Shown here piece after piece: positions 50,401 through 60,958 of a stretch of DNA of 64,000 bases. Positions within the stretch are counted from its first letter, which is position 1; each line of letters starts with the position of its first letter. This DNA comes from Phoronis australis (Eukaryota; Animalia; Phoronida): the NCBI GenBank assembly GCA_002633005.1, contig NMRA01000031.1:458888-522887 (forward strand). Direction: 5' to 3'. Under the pieces are notes generated by a model. The model did no database searches, was not told the origin of the DNA, and was given only the letters and a program-made list of their open reading frames with translations. Made by a program: the position numbers and the translations under genes.

Positions 50401-53400
50401 GAAAATTAATTATATTTTACTTTTTGTTGCAAACTCTTGGAAAGTGGAAATTTGATTATATTTTGGAAAACCAACGAAAACAACTGAGAAATGTGTTGTT
50501 TACTGAGCTAATGTAGATTCTTGTTAAACTTGCAGGTCTACACGACTGTTCTCACCCATGGTGACAGCGACACTTTTGATACTATGTTAAAAGTAAGTTC
50601 ACATGACACCTAAGGTGTGTTCTGTACACACAAGAAACTCGCGAAAGAGCAAGATCAGGCGAGTGAAATACAGGTTTTTTAGCGTACTTGCAAAATGGTG
50701 ACTACGGAGATGATTGGCGGGTGAAGTTAGAACGGTGATTTATGGGGTGGAATTCATTGCTTCCGTTCAATAGCAAAGATTTCTCACTGCATCTTTTATT
50801 TATGAAACACAGTGTGTTGCTTAGTTAGTGCTTGCTGCGACTGGTAGTAGTCAACTTGTTTTGCAGTTTCTAGAAGTTAGATACTTTTATGTGCTGAAGT
50901 TTACTTTATAGTTTGAGTTCACAGGAATAGGAAACTTGGGATGACTTTCACTCAAGAAGCTGTGACGTGTTAACAGCATAATATTCTAGGTGTGTTATGT
51001 ATTCATTTGATAATCGTGTGTGAATAAGGACAAACCGGTTCAATCGCATCCTGTTTAGGTGAGAACGTTGAAGAATGAAAAGGAAATGTCTTCCAATAAC
51101 ATGGTTTGAATGAGGAATTTAGTTGTTGATGGCTTTTTATTACTTCCGTGCTACATCATAATCATACTCCTTCACTCTCACCCAATTGTGTTCCATTGCA
51201 AATTAACTATTGGGTTCTCTGTTGATTTTCCCAGCTATTCAGGGCCGCTGATCTACATGAGGAGAAGGTGCGAGTGTTGAGGACCCTGGGCTCGGTCAAA
51301 ACAGAGGAGCTGATTAAGAAAGTTCTGGAGTTTTCGTTGGGTGTGAGTAGCAACGAAGGGACTTTATTATCCATTATACATGTTTATAAGGACTTTATTA
51401 TCCATTATATATGTATATAAGGGAACTGCATTACTATCGGCGTTATCATGAGCGTGCAAAATCTGTGATTTTAAGGTATGCGTGTGGGCTCAAGGGTTGA
51501 TGCTCGTGTGTGTTTTTGAAATCATGAAAACAGCGATGTGAAAAGACAAAAAAGGTAATTATTTACACATTCTGTCGTTATAAAGTTATGAATTAAGTTT
51601 GGTTGCCAATCCATAGCTGTAACAGATTGGCAACAGATTCAGTTGTTATTTTTTCGGGCACTAAATGGACCTCCACAATAAGCCTTGAGTAGCCGTCGTT
51701 TTGTTTTACCACGCCAAAGGTGAGACGAGTACCAGCATTGAACCTAAAAGCGTTAATATAAATACAGTTGTGTAAGTGAATACTGATCTGTTAAAAATCA
51801 GTTTTGTACACTGTTGGTTAGTGTGTCGTGAAGAGTGTATGGTTTGTATACTCATGGAAACAACGATAATGGTGAACGTTCCCTAAGAGCAAAATTGTTT
51901 GTTTTATTGTTGTGGATTGTGTCGTTTAAAATCACCAGTGGTTATTGTGTCAAATCACTAGCAAGAAAGATGCAATGTTTGTCGTCATAGATTCAGAATT
52001 TGGGATAACTGCATTGTCTTACCTTCTCCATAAACCACCTGTTGTCAGAAAGACAAGCTTTCAATTTAGGCCTTTGACACTTGAAAACTCTCATAGCTTA
52101 TTGCTTAATTCACTAAATATAATTCTTGGTAGAATGAATAAACAAAATTTTCCAAGTTCTATAAAAAAATGTCATGTAAAATGCAGTGATTTCCGTTAAA
52201 AATCCCAATTTTGCATAAAAATGAGTCATTTGATTTCCATTCTTGGTGACGAAAATATCCAGTCACGTTGCTCCTTCGTGTTGATAATAGAAGATTAACC
52301 ATTACTTGTTGTAAGGTAACTGTGTAGTTCATAGACATGGTCACATGTTGTAGGATGAAGTTCGTGCTCAGGACGCACCCTTTGTTGTCGGTGGCGTGAC
52401 CGGCTCGGTTTTGGGTCGTAAATTGGCATGGGAATTCATGACAGGCAGGAGTAAAGAGCTGTACAACCGATACCAGGGAGGCTTCTTACTGGCCAGACTA
52501 GTGAAGGTGAGAGCTATTGGTGAATGGTAATATTTGCATGGTATACCAGGAAGGCTTCTTAGAGGCTAAACTGGTCAAGGTGAGAGTTATTGGCAAATGG
52601 TAATACTTGTAAGGTATACCAGAGAGGCTTCTTGCTGGCACAACTAGTTAAGGGGAGAGTTATTGTCGAATGGTAATACTTGTAAGGTTTACCAGGGAGG
52701 CCTCTTAATTGCTTTGACTTCCTGTACAGCACAAGACAGTTCTAAGTAATCGGACAAAACACCATTTCCTGTCGTCACAGTTAATTCTTTGACATACGTT
52801 CATGAAATTTGTCACACATGTTCCATTCATGAATGGGACGGCATGAGCGAACTTTTGGATGGATCCGTGTACTGGTGTGCCCCCTGGTGGCAATTTTAGT
52901 TTTTTACGCTTACCTTTGTATCTTCAAAAGTCCTTGACGGATTTTCATGAAATTTGGTATGTAGGCATCTATTAGTGAGATGATGCTATCCTCCCGTGTT
53001 CCAATTTATTCGATGTAGTTTGCGCCACCTAGTGGCCATTTTTACTGTTTTCGAGTCTGTTTTTGCGTCCACCCCTCTATCAACCAAACTGTCAAAGGAT
53101 GATTGTGAAAATTGGCATGTATGTGCTTACTATAGAGAGGACAGTTGACGATGATTTTCCGATGATTTCGACTACTGTGGCGCCTCCTAGTGGCAGTTAT
53201 TTTTTTTGCACCTGTGGCTGTATCTTCTAAACCGTTCGCAGGATCTTTACTTAATTTAGCAAGTGTATTTAATATGATGTTGACTATGAATGACGACGAC
53301 TTTCGGACAGATCTTACTACTGCTGTGCCCCCTAGTGGCAATTTTAGTTTTTTACGTTTAACTCTGTATCTTCAAAGGTCCTCAACAGATTTTCATAAAA

Positions 53401-54350
53401 TTTTAAATATTGGCATCTATTGGTGTGGTGACGCTATCTACATGTTTTTGGGTAGAATCGAGGTATTTTGCACCACCTAGTGGCCATTTTTGCTGTTTTC
53501 AAATCTTGTTTTTGGCGTCCACCCCTGTATAAACCAGATCATTTGAAAATTGGCATATATGTTCTCAGTGTGAAGACGACCTTTGATGATGGTGACTGAC
53601 TACTGTGGCGCCTCCTAGTGGTAGTTTTGTTTTGCGCCTATAGTTGTATCTCCTAAACCCACTGCAGGATCTTTACTTCATTTAGTTAGTGTATTTATAT
53701 GAAGATAACAACAGACGACGACGACTTTCAGGCAGATCCAATGGACACTGTGCCCACTAGTGGCAATTTCATTTTATTCTGTTTTCCTTTGTTTCTCTGA
53801 AGTTCCTTGACAGATTTTTATGAAATATGGCATGTTCCTGTTTTTGGATGGATTGTATGTTTTTGCGCCATCTAGTGGCCATTTTTATGATACAAATGAA
53901 TAACCCTAAAAGCACACCATTTGCAATGCATTCGTGTGCTCTTGTACAGATTGCAAGCAGTATAGCTTGCAGTAAACTAGGAAAAGGCTGGTTCTGTCCC
54001 CTATAACCACTAGTTGTTGTTGGTGCTTACAGTGATCTTAACCTCTAAACATTTGACACAGTTTTCAAATGACCTTGGCATCTTCATGGTGAAATAACGC
54101 TTCTTTGTCATTACTGTAAGTTACTACTTGTAATTGTTTTGTAATTACTATAATTTATTTACAGTTTACGACTGAAAACTTTGTGGACGAAGCCATGGCA
54201 AAGGAAGTGGAGTCATTCTTTGAAAAGAATCCAGCAGGCGGCGCTGAGCGCACGGTGCAACAGAGTGTTGAGAACATACGTCTGAATGAGAAGTGGTTGG
54301 CCAGGGAAGCGAGCAGTGTGAGCAAGTTTCTAGAGAATTATGCCCAATAA
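35129..54350 (+). CDS. NPEPPS: Puromycin-sensitive aminopeptidase (M1 family zinc aminopeptidase), complete, 20 exons, 930 aa (866 aa from second ATG at 35321)
   Basis: Exons: 35129-35443, 36233-36314 (duplicate 37064-37145), 38013-38083, 39152-39277, 40146-40253, 41037-41237, 41505-41601, 42476-42624, 43710-43874, 44129-44233, 45019-45174, 45517-45595, 46413-46549, 46967-47101, 48600-48819, 49867-50009, 50536-50592, 51235-51342, 52354-52506, 54165-54350 (TAA). Total 2793 nt, all GT-AG and phase-consistent. Motifs: [95 protein letters not shown]. Confidence 0.97.
36061..36184. mobile_element. 124-bp near-perfect foldback MITE (GGGCA termini); duplicate at 36892-37015; related left end at 35731
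   Basis: GGGCACTGGTCGGATAAAGTGGTCCCAGATTTTGAGAACCAG...CACTGAATAAC-AGGCCC-GTTATTCAGTG...CTGGTTCTCAAAATGAGGGACCGCTATATCCGACCAATGCCC. Confidence 0.75.
36233..36314 (+). CDS. NPEPPS: NPEPPS exon 2 (copy A)
   Basis: TTTTCAG acceptor, [33 protein letters not shown] donor. Confidence 0.75.
37064..37145 (+). CDS. NPEPPS: NPEPPS exon 2 (identical copy B; probable assembly duplication)
   Basis: Same 82 nt as copy A, offset by 831 nt; the two blocks are separated by a single N at 36495. Confidence 0.6.
38013..38083 (+). CDS. NPEPPS: NPEPPS exon 3
   Basis: [24 protein letters not shown]; phase 1-0. Confidence 0.88.
38562..38774. mobile_element. MITE, CAGGGCTTGGA family, TSD AAATAC/AAGTAC
   Basis: Termini CAGGGCTTGGAG / TTCCAAGCCCTT; interior similar to 56022-56266. 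Confidence 0.75.
38920..38965. repeat. 15-bp tandem repeat CCCTACTGGACTGGT x3
   Basis: Three perfect copies. Confidence 0.9.
39152..39277 (+). CDS. NPEPPS: NPEPPS exon 4
   Basis: [42 protein letters not shown]. Confidence 0.95.
40146..40253 (+). CDS. NPEPPS: NPEPPS exon 5
   Basis: [36 protein letters not shown]. Confidence 0.95.
41037..41237 (+). CDS. NPEPPS: NPEPPS exon 6
   Basis: PVVSDTPLD...[20 protein letters not shown]...GKFALE. Confidence 0.95.
41505..41601 (+). CDS. NPEPPS: NPEPPS exon 7
   Basis: [32 protein letters not shown]. Confidence 0.95.
42476..42624 (+). CDS. NPEPPS: NPEPPS exon 8 (GAMEN and HEXXH)
   Basis: [17 protein letters not shown]...[17 protein letters not shown]. 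Confidence 0.97.
43710..43874 (+). CDS. NPEPPS: NPEPPS exon 9 (third Zn ligand, NEGFA)
   Basis: [34 protein letters not shown]...SHPIE. Confidence 0.96.
44129..44233 (+). CDS. NPEPPS: NPEPPS exon 10
   Basis: [35 protein letters not shown]. Confidence 0.96.
45019..45174 (+). CDS. NPEPPS: NPEPPS exon 11
   Basis: [28 protein letters not shown]...[11 protein letters not shown]. Confidence 0.95.
45517..45595 (+). CDS. NPEPPS: NPEPPS exon 12
   Basis: [26 protein letters not shown]. Confidence 0.9.
45609..45659. repeat. (GGT)n microsatellite just after the exon 12 donor
   Basis: Imperfect GGT run. Confidence 0.85.
46413..46549 (+). CDS. NPEPPS: NPEPPS exon 13
   Basis: [17 protein letters not shown]...ETDWVK. 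Confidence 0.92.
46967..47101 (+). CDS. NPEPPS: NPEPPS exon 14
   Basis: [18 protein letters not shown]...[15 protein letters not shown]. Confidence 0.95.
48600..48819 (+). CDS. NPEPPS: NPEPPS exon 15
   Basis: [34 protein letters not shown]...LGWEPTENE. Confidence 0.93.
48879..49310 (+). mobile_element. Helentron/DINE-1 (pearl-like) non-autonomous element remnant
   Basis: TTGTACCCC start, CGTCCGTCC microsatellite-like core, and about 160-bp internal subrepeats (TGTTGGCATG.TATCT...GATTTTGTTCATATTC...GGTGACCTTGAC). Confidence 0.55.
49867..50009 (+). CDS. NPEPPS: NPEPPS exon 16
   Basis: [31 protein letters not shown]...SADLRAP. Confidence 0.93.
50536..50592 (+). CDS. NPEPPS: NPEPPS exon 17
   Basis: [19 protein letters not shown]. 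Confidence 0.9.
51235..51342 (+). CDS. NPEPPS: NPEPPS exon 18
   Basis: [36 protein letters not shown]. Confidence 0.92.
52354..52506 (+). CDS. NPEPPS: NPEPPS exon 19
   Basis: [29 protein letters not shown]...[14 protein letters not shown]. Confidence 0.93.
52470..52706 (+). repeat. 73-bp tandem repeat (about 3.2 copies) spanning the exon 19 / intron 19 junction
   Basis: ATACCAG..AGGCTTCTT...AAGG.GAGAG.TATTG...AATGGTAATA.TTG.A.GGT at 52470, 52543 and 52616, partial at 52689. Confidence 0.9.
52740..53900 (+). repeat. Interspersed element with about 145-bp internal subrepeats in ABC higher-order units, each carrying a CTCF-like motif
   Basis: Eight G(C/T)(G/A)CC.(C/A/T)CT(A/G)GTGG motifs at 52877, 53022, 53180, 53325, 53470, 53608, 53750 and 53865; a related inverted copy lies at 1472-1659. 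Confidence 0.75.
54165..54350 (+). CDS. NPEPPS: NPEPPS exon 20 (terminal)
   Basis: [48 protein letters not shown]...AQ*; further AATAAA at 54812. Confidence 0.94.
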   Translation, partial: FTTENFVDEAMAKEVESFFEKNPAGGAERTVQQSVENIRLNEKWLAREASSVSKFLENYAQ

Positions 54351-55420
54351 AGGATGGTAGAGCTACCAACTGGAAACTTTGGGTCTGAGCAACCATGTGC
54401 AGTATTCCTGAAAATTCATAATAAGTTCTGAGAATCAATTTTTGAACATTGTCTTGTATTGGAATGTACACATCACATAAAATGTTGGTGTTATTGTCAT
54501 TTTTTATCATGTTCTTGAAGACCTGGGGTGACTAACTAGAAGCCATCTCGAGTTACGGCTTGCCGCAACGCGTCAAGCGAAACCAGTTGACCCCCTCGTG
54601 CAGTCTCTTGTCAACGAACAACTGTTTCCCTCAGCTGCGTGTGTGTGCAAGCTTTGAAATTAGGTGCAGCTTCACAATTAGGAGCATGCCCTCAATTGTC
54701 GGTTTGACAGTAACAGCATTTAACCTAAGAAATGCTATAAAATGCATTTAATTTGGATGTAGGTGCATGAGCCTGAAAACGCCGTACATGGTAAGAAAAC
54801 ATTAATTATACAATAAAGGTAGTAATTATTAATTTAGAAATTCAATATAATAATGTAACAGTCTGTGTCACAAAATAGCAATATAACATGAAAATAATAT
54901 AAATGAAAATATATTCCACAGCAATGTTATTGAATAAAAACAATGCCGACTTCAACAATAGCTGCACATTCCTAATAAGAAATTGCACATCGGAATTGTT
55001 CTTCCAAAACTTCAGTAATTTTTGTTGTAAATATGTTTATTTGCAGAAACTGAAGTTAACAATGGAACAAACAAAAACATTCATTCTCACATTCACACAT
55101 TCCAGCTCTGCTTGAATTTATACTGAATGTATAAGGGTTTCAAAAAATCCCAGCAAGTTGGGTGATTCTCTAGAATTCATACTTTTCCACCTCTTGACAG
55201 TGCCAAATAAAATGGGTGAAATCTCTTAAGTACAGGAATACATGAAAACTTGGAACAATTATTATGAAGTACCAAGCCAAAGTTATTATGTGATTAATTT
55301 CATAGCCATGATCTCCAAAGTATGCATATAGCAGGACACCCTTTTCTTAGGAGTCCACAAGAGGAGCATAATTTGTTTTTGACTGGTTTCATTTTCTTTT
55401 AAATGTATTTGTGTAAACTT

Positions 55421-55666
55421 CATGTGCGCACCCAGCCTTCAAAATGGGTGGGGCTCGAATTCCTGACGTTTGGACCTTTTGGTAACAAAAAAAAACCGAG
55501 CGGACTAAAAAAAAAAACGGGACACCACTGTGTATTGCGTGTTTCTGCTTGTTTAGTGGACTTTTGTCTCATTTTCTCGTACTTTTTGTTTCTCGTAGGC
55601 GGACCTTTTTGCCCACTTCGCCAAATGGGGGGCTCATCAGAGCCCCCCCCCCTGGGTACGGGCATG
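55421..55666. mobile_element. MITE with CATG..CG.ACCCAG termini, 5-bp TSD AACTT (deleted version at 55906-55963)
   Basis: CATGTGCGCACCCAG / CTGGGTACGGGCATG; AACTT on both flanks in both copies. Confidence 0.75.
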
Positions 55667-56021
55667 AACTTTTATATTAATGTGATGAAATATAAAAGTT
55701 TTANTGAAATCTCTTAAGTACGGGAATACATTTAAACTTGGAACAAATATTATGAAGTACTAAGCTAAAGTTAATATGTGATTAATTTCATCCATGGTCT
55801 CCAAAGTATGCATATTGCAGGACACCCTTTTCTTAAGAGTTCACAAGAGGAGCATTTTTGTTTTTTACTGGTTTCATTTTCTTTTAAATGTATTTGTGTA
55901 AACTTCATGTGCGCACTCAGCCTTCAAAATGGGGGGCTCGAGAGCCCCCCGGGTACGCGCATGAACTTATGAAATTTAAAAGTTTTAAATGAGGTTGGAG
56001 TAACAGTTTAAAAGGCATAAC

Positions 56022-56266
56022 CAGGGCTTGGAATTTCCCTCTTTTAAGAGAATTTTCTCTTTTTGTTTTAATTCCCTCTTATTTGATTTCCAGTTTCCTC
56101 TCTTCCTCTCTTTTTCATCATTATTTTGACTTGATTCATGCAAAAACGTTTATTTCAGTTAAATCTTACAACACAAGAAATATTTCTGTCACACAAGCCC
56201 ATTTGTGGAACGATACATCACCTGGAAAGATTTCCTCTTTTTTGTCATTGGTCGTTCCAAACCCTA
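56022..56266. mobile_element. MITE, CAGGGCTTGGA family, TSD CATAAC/CGTAAC
   Basis: Termini CAGGGCTTGGAA / TTCCAAACCCTA; empty site at about 23748 in the other LINE copy. Confidence 0.75.
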
Positions 56267-56959
56267 CGTAACAAAAATCTGTTTAATTTGCTGGTCGGCA
56301 AATAATTCTAACAAACTGTGTTCCACATCAGGAACTGATACCTCCCTGGAAAGTAATACATATTGTCCGTTGTGTATCAGTCTGATCCGGTGCAAAGTCC
56401 TGCATGCCGTTGGCTCTATCATTATTTGGAATAAGTTGTACCAATTATACAATTGCTTAATTTGTACGTTTCCTTTAAAACCTCCCGAGATAAAGTGAGA
56501 TCGAGACCACCTTAAGTTAGGACTACTTTTCAATGCAGGTTAATTAAGACAAAATTATGCTATGGTGTCTTTGAGTTTACGGATTGTGTATTGTGAGTGA
56601 GATGCTAACTTGAGCCGACCTTAAGATAAAATGGCTTGGAGTTAATCACCCCTGTTGTGCTGGTTATTTTTTTGGGATATATATTTTTTCAATGTGAACA
56701 GGACATCCAGGACATGGGCCACTTTTACAAGGAAACGAAGTTGTATGTTTTCAGAAACACATTCTCGTGCTTCCGGGTATTATTTGTGTTTTATGATTAC
56801 TTTGACTGATGCAAGGTCACAGTTAAACATCAAATACATTACAGCTTCGCTTTTCAGCATGCAGTATTAAGAACGCAATCACTCATAGCTACCAGAATGT
56901 CAAATTCACACTCGACATCAACTACAAAGGATATATGAAAATGAGTACTCTTACTTAGT

Positions 56960-57845
56960 AATTTATATCTCTCAATAAGGATATAATCCTTGTTCTCTTA
57001 GAAATCCAAAGAAACATTCCAGCCCCATGAATAATTAATTTTGAATGATTAATGATGAATAATTAATGATGAGAGCATTTATATCTTGCCAGTCCTATTG
57101 AAACCTATAACATACAAGTTGGTTTAGACTATTCATATATACATCTAACTTGTTTACAATTCCATTTTCTTGACTTAATTGGTATCCAATATTTATACAG
57201 CGTTTTTGAAAACTTAATCTCCTTAGCAACCCTCTGCGAGCACCAAACATACCCAAATACACGTGAAAATTAAATGAATACTAATTTAGGGACCATAAGT
57301 CAAACCAAATACACGACGGATGTATATTGAGAAGTGATAAAAATACCCTCCAGTGATGCAGTACTATAGTTGGTTTGTTGATTGAAGCCAAGAAGATCCA
57401 TACACAACAATGTCGATGGATGGTTGTCCCCACAGGTATGAGGTAATTGTTGAATTTTTTTAAATGAATTTAAATTGAAATTTAGAAACGTTCTGGAGGC
57501 CATTATCTATGAACCTGGACAAAGCTTGGGATTCAACCACGATGGTATTGTTTGTAATGCAGCAAGTCTTAATAAAACACGACACCCGCAGCTTCTGTGA
57601 AGTTATGCTGCAAAAAGCAGAATTGATTTTCAAACCCTTAATGGGAATCCTTTCGTATGGAATGGGGAAAGGCACTGGCCCTTTTGTAAACCAAGGAATC
57701 TGCCCGTGGAAAATCCACCCATTTGAGCACCATGTTTTGTAATGAACTTAGTACTATAGGCTGACAAAATCAAAAAAGTTGAACGGAAAATTTGGTCCTG
57801 TGTTGTTGAAATTTCATCGTGGGAATATTGGACAATCTATTAAAT
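56960..57845 (-). mobile_element. Possible highly decayed LINE reverse-transcriptase remnant
   Basis: Short minus-strand matches LGLQKGQCLSPF (RT QG..LSP-like) and VYLGMFG; heavily disrupted, so the match is weak. Confidence 0.25.
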
Positions 57846-58041
57846 GTAGGCCTATAGTTAAACACTCATTGCAATTACATACGTTGAGCAATTCCCAGTG
57901 CTTCACAAAACTGTCAATAGAGTAGTGTGTGAAAAATCCCGGACTTCCTCCAACTTTCAAAATCAACTATCTGCTGACATCTCGGTGTTTTTTCCGTCGA
58001 CATCGACGATTTGGAACTCATTACCCTTCGAACCACTCCAT

Positions 58042-58269
58042 CATCGTGGCTTGGAATTTTCCTCAAAGCTAGAGGAATTCCTATTTTTGACTTCGATTTC
58101 CTCTCTTTTGATTTCCAGTTACATCTTGTGGTCATTATATCGACTTTATTCCTGCTAAAGCGTTTATTTTACTTAAATTTTACAGTACATTAACATTTCT
58201 ATCACACAAGCCTATTTGTGGATGAATACATCGCCTGTAAAACTTCCTTCTCTTTTGCCATTTGCCCTG
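58042..58269. mobile_element. MITE, CAGGGCTTGGA family (degenerate), TSD CTCCAT
   Basis: GGCTTGGAATTTTCCTC...GCCCTG; interior similar to 56022-56266; CTCCAT on both flanks. Confidence 0.65.
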
Positions 58270-60390
58270 CTCCATCACTTAAATCGTTCAGGGTCATGAT
58301 CTGCAGTTAAATGTAACTTTATATAGTTCAGCGCGTGCTCCTTATCCTACTCCAGTCACCCTTCGCTTTGCATATTCATTAATTTGGTGCGCGTTGTTTG
58401 AGATGCTCATGTTTAGGTCGGCACATTTGATGGAAGAAGAACTAGGTCTGCGGAATATTTGTTTGGAAATGCGAAAGAGGAGTATTGTCTTGCTCATGAT
58501 TAAGAAAGTTGTAATGTCCGAGAATAGGTCTTTACATGGCGGGTGGATATATGTGTGGAGTATCATATATTTCTAAGTCATATCATGTGGCTGTTGAAGC
58601 CAGAATTGTACTTTATCGCGTGTTGATTAAACGATTTTTCCGATGTACAAAAATATTACCTAAACGATTATAGTATTTTTTGAGAGATAAAAACAAAACA
58701 ACGATTTCCCGTTCAAATGCAACGCATAATTGCAATCGTGAAAGCCAGATCAACGCATGCTACAACTGCAGCTCTAAATCACTCACTTATGAATATAGCC
58801 TACACTTTTCTATCTATTTTTTATTTTCAATAAGAACGAACCTAAGTTTTGCTAAATTTGCAGGTAAAGGCTATATTTTGCGGTAAAATTAAATACCCTT
58901 GAAACGCAAAATTTGAAAAAGTACAAGTAAATTTCAAAACCTTTTGAAAACCAGTTTACTAGTTAATTGAATGATGGGATGTTAAAATGAATACTTTGTT
59001 CAATGGACGTCGCGATTCCAAGTATTTAAAGCCGGATTGTGCTTTATTGGAATGTGCCGGCTCACTGGTAAGCGTATTGCGTCATAAGTTAGTAATAATT
59101 AAACTAAAAAGTTATTAAAAGCCGTTACCGACAATGAATAGATGAGTAAACTGTGTGGAATATTCTGAAGAAGACAAACGTCGATAACCCGGCGTTTCAA
59201 ATATGTGCCAGTAGGTCACACCCACCCGATGAAAAAGAGCACATGGTCGTCAACAGTAGGCTTACATATACACGAACACGTACACAAGTAACATGAGATT
59301 AGAACGCACTTGTGAACCGTGCAGGTGAATTCGCATGTAGGTTATCCGTATCATGTTTACTAACACACCTACCTATAAACCAACTGTTCACTGTATGTAT
59401 TGTTTCTTGCAGATTTTTGTTTCAAACGTGTACTATTGTTGGTCAGAGGGGTTGTATTATATTTTTTTTATTTTAAAAACTATTTAAAGCAAATTGTAAT
59501 CCTATAACAGTAGTAAAAGTTCAGTCTTACGCAACAATGACTACGTGGATTCAGTTCCCCCATCTTGAGGAGATATGCTGTCCGAAAGACTTTAGGCGGA
59601 ATTTGTTCTTAGTTCTCCATGGAAACAGCGTCCTTCTTCTTGTTCGTGATCTTAACGATGGAGAAAAGGCCATGAGGTTTAATTTCAAATCCCGTTGCCT
59701 CAATTCGTTCAACTGTGCTAAGATCACACTCAAACAATATCAAATCCAAACCAGAACAAACACCACTCGACCGTCTGTTGACATTTCGTTCAGCCAATTT
59801 CAGTTATTAAATAATAAACTTCGAGTCTCAAATAAGCGCCGGGGCTGTAATTCACGGTTTTATTGGGTAGTTTAGGGCCTACCGTTAACTAAATGTAAAC
59901 CAACATAACACGTGGAAATCAATGATATGCGCTGTGAGCGATAAAAATCGTAAGTGACGTAATGGTCGTTTTAAAAACGTACGCGTGTAACATGCAGAGG
60001 CCACTTCCACACTCATCTAGATGTTGTCAAGGGAAAAGAACATTTTTCAAAACCATGTTTTTTATAAAAACTTATCAAACATACCACATAGTTGGTAACA
60101 TCAGTCAACAAGACAGTGCCAGCTCTGCAAAACTGGCCTTGTCGATTAAGCGCAGGGTTTTAAAAAAGCTCCTGTTTAGAACTAAGCTCCGAGTCCAACT
60201 GTCTTCGAGGAAGTGCGCTCGGATGTTAATACGCGACACTACGGTAATTGTTCCACGACACCAGGGCACATCAAAGAATGAAAGACATCTTTGTAGGAGG
60301 TAGCCAAGTTGCGCATTTAAATTTCAATTCTATGCAGAGCCGTTTCACGACGTTGTTTTCTTCGGAACATCATCTTGCATCCATCAAAAT

Positions 60391-60495
60391 TCCAATTGTC
60401 ACATTCCAATTGTCACATTACAATTGTCACATTCCAATTGTCACATTACAATTGTCACATTCCAATTGTCACATTCCAACTGTCACATTCCAATT
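60391..60495. repeat. 14-bp minisatellite T(C/A)CAATTGTCACAT x7
   Basis: Directly visible tandem array. Confidence 0.9.
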
Positions 60496-60958
60496 TCTTT
60501 GCAGTTTTTCTTCTTTAAAATTTGACTAGAAAGAGCAGAATTAAAAAAAAAAAACAATTAGCGTGATTTACTGTCCATCATTAAGAGCATTTTTCTATTG
60601 TTATTTTATAGATTGAACTATTTGATGCTACTTCAAAAAGTTAATCCTTGGTCTTTGCTCAAATGTTTCGTGTAGCGTGTTTATTATTAAAATGTGATGT
60701 CTGGTTCCCGGATTTCCTCTTTATTAAGAACAAGCAATTTTAAAATGTTTCTATGTAGACAAATTCAGTCACTTCGAAGTGTTTGTAAAATGTCCCGAGT
60801 GCACATGATAGGAAAACACATTCACCCGCAAGAACGACCCACGTGATGATGTCGTGTTTTTGTGTGATAACGTTTCGTAGTCTATATAGCTGACTTCCGA
60901 GCGCCTCGAGAGTAAATATCGCCTCTTTGCACAGTGCACAAAACTGAAAGGTACGAAA

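Larger units (their letters stand above)
55036..56480 (-). mobile_element. Second decayed copy of the same L1/Tx1-like 3' end (internally deleted, with nested MITEs and a haplotype duplication)
   Basis: Shared blocks with 22657-22990 (TTCTCACATTCACACATTCCAGCTCTGCTTGAATTTATACTGAAT...) and 23640-24490 (AAACTGTGTTCCACATCAGGAACTGATA...GATCCGGTGCAAAGTCCTGCATG). Confidence 0.75.

Noticed and set aside
59551-59875. Short ORFs on both strands upstream of the lectin gene
   Set aside because: No recognisable domain or consistent splice structure; possibly transposon debris.
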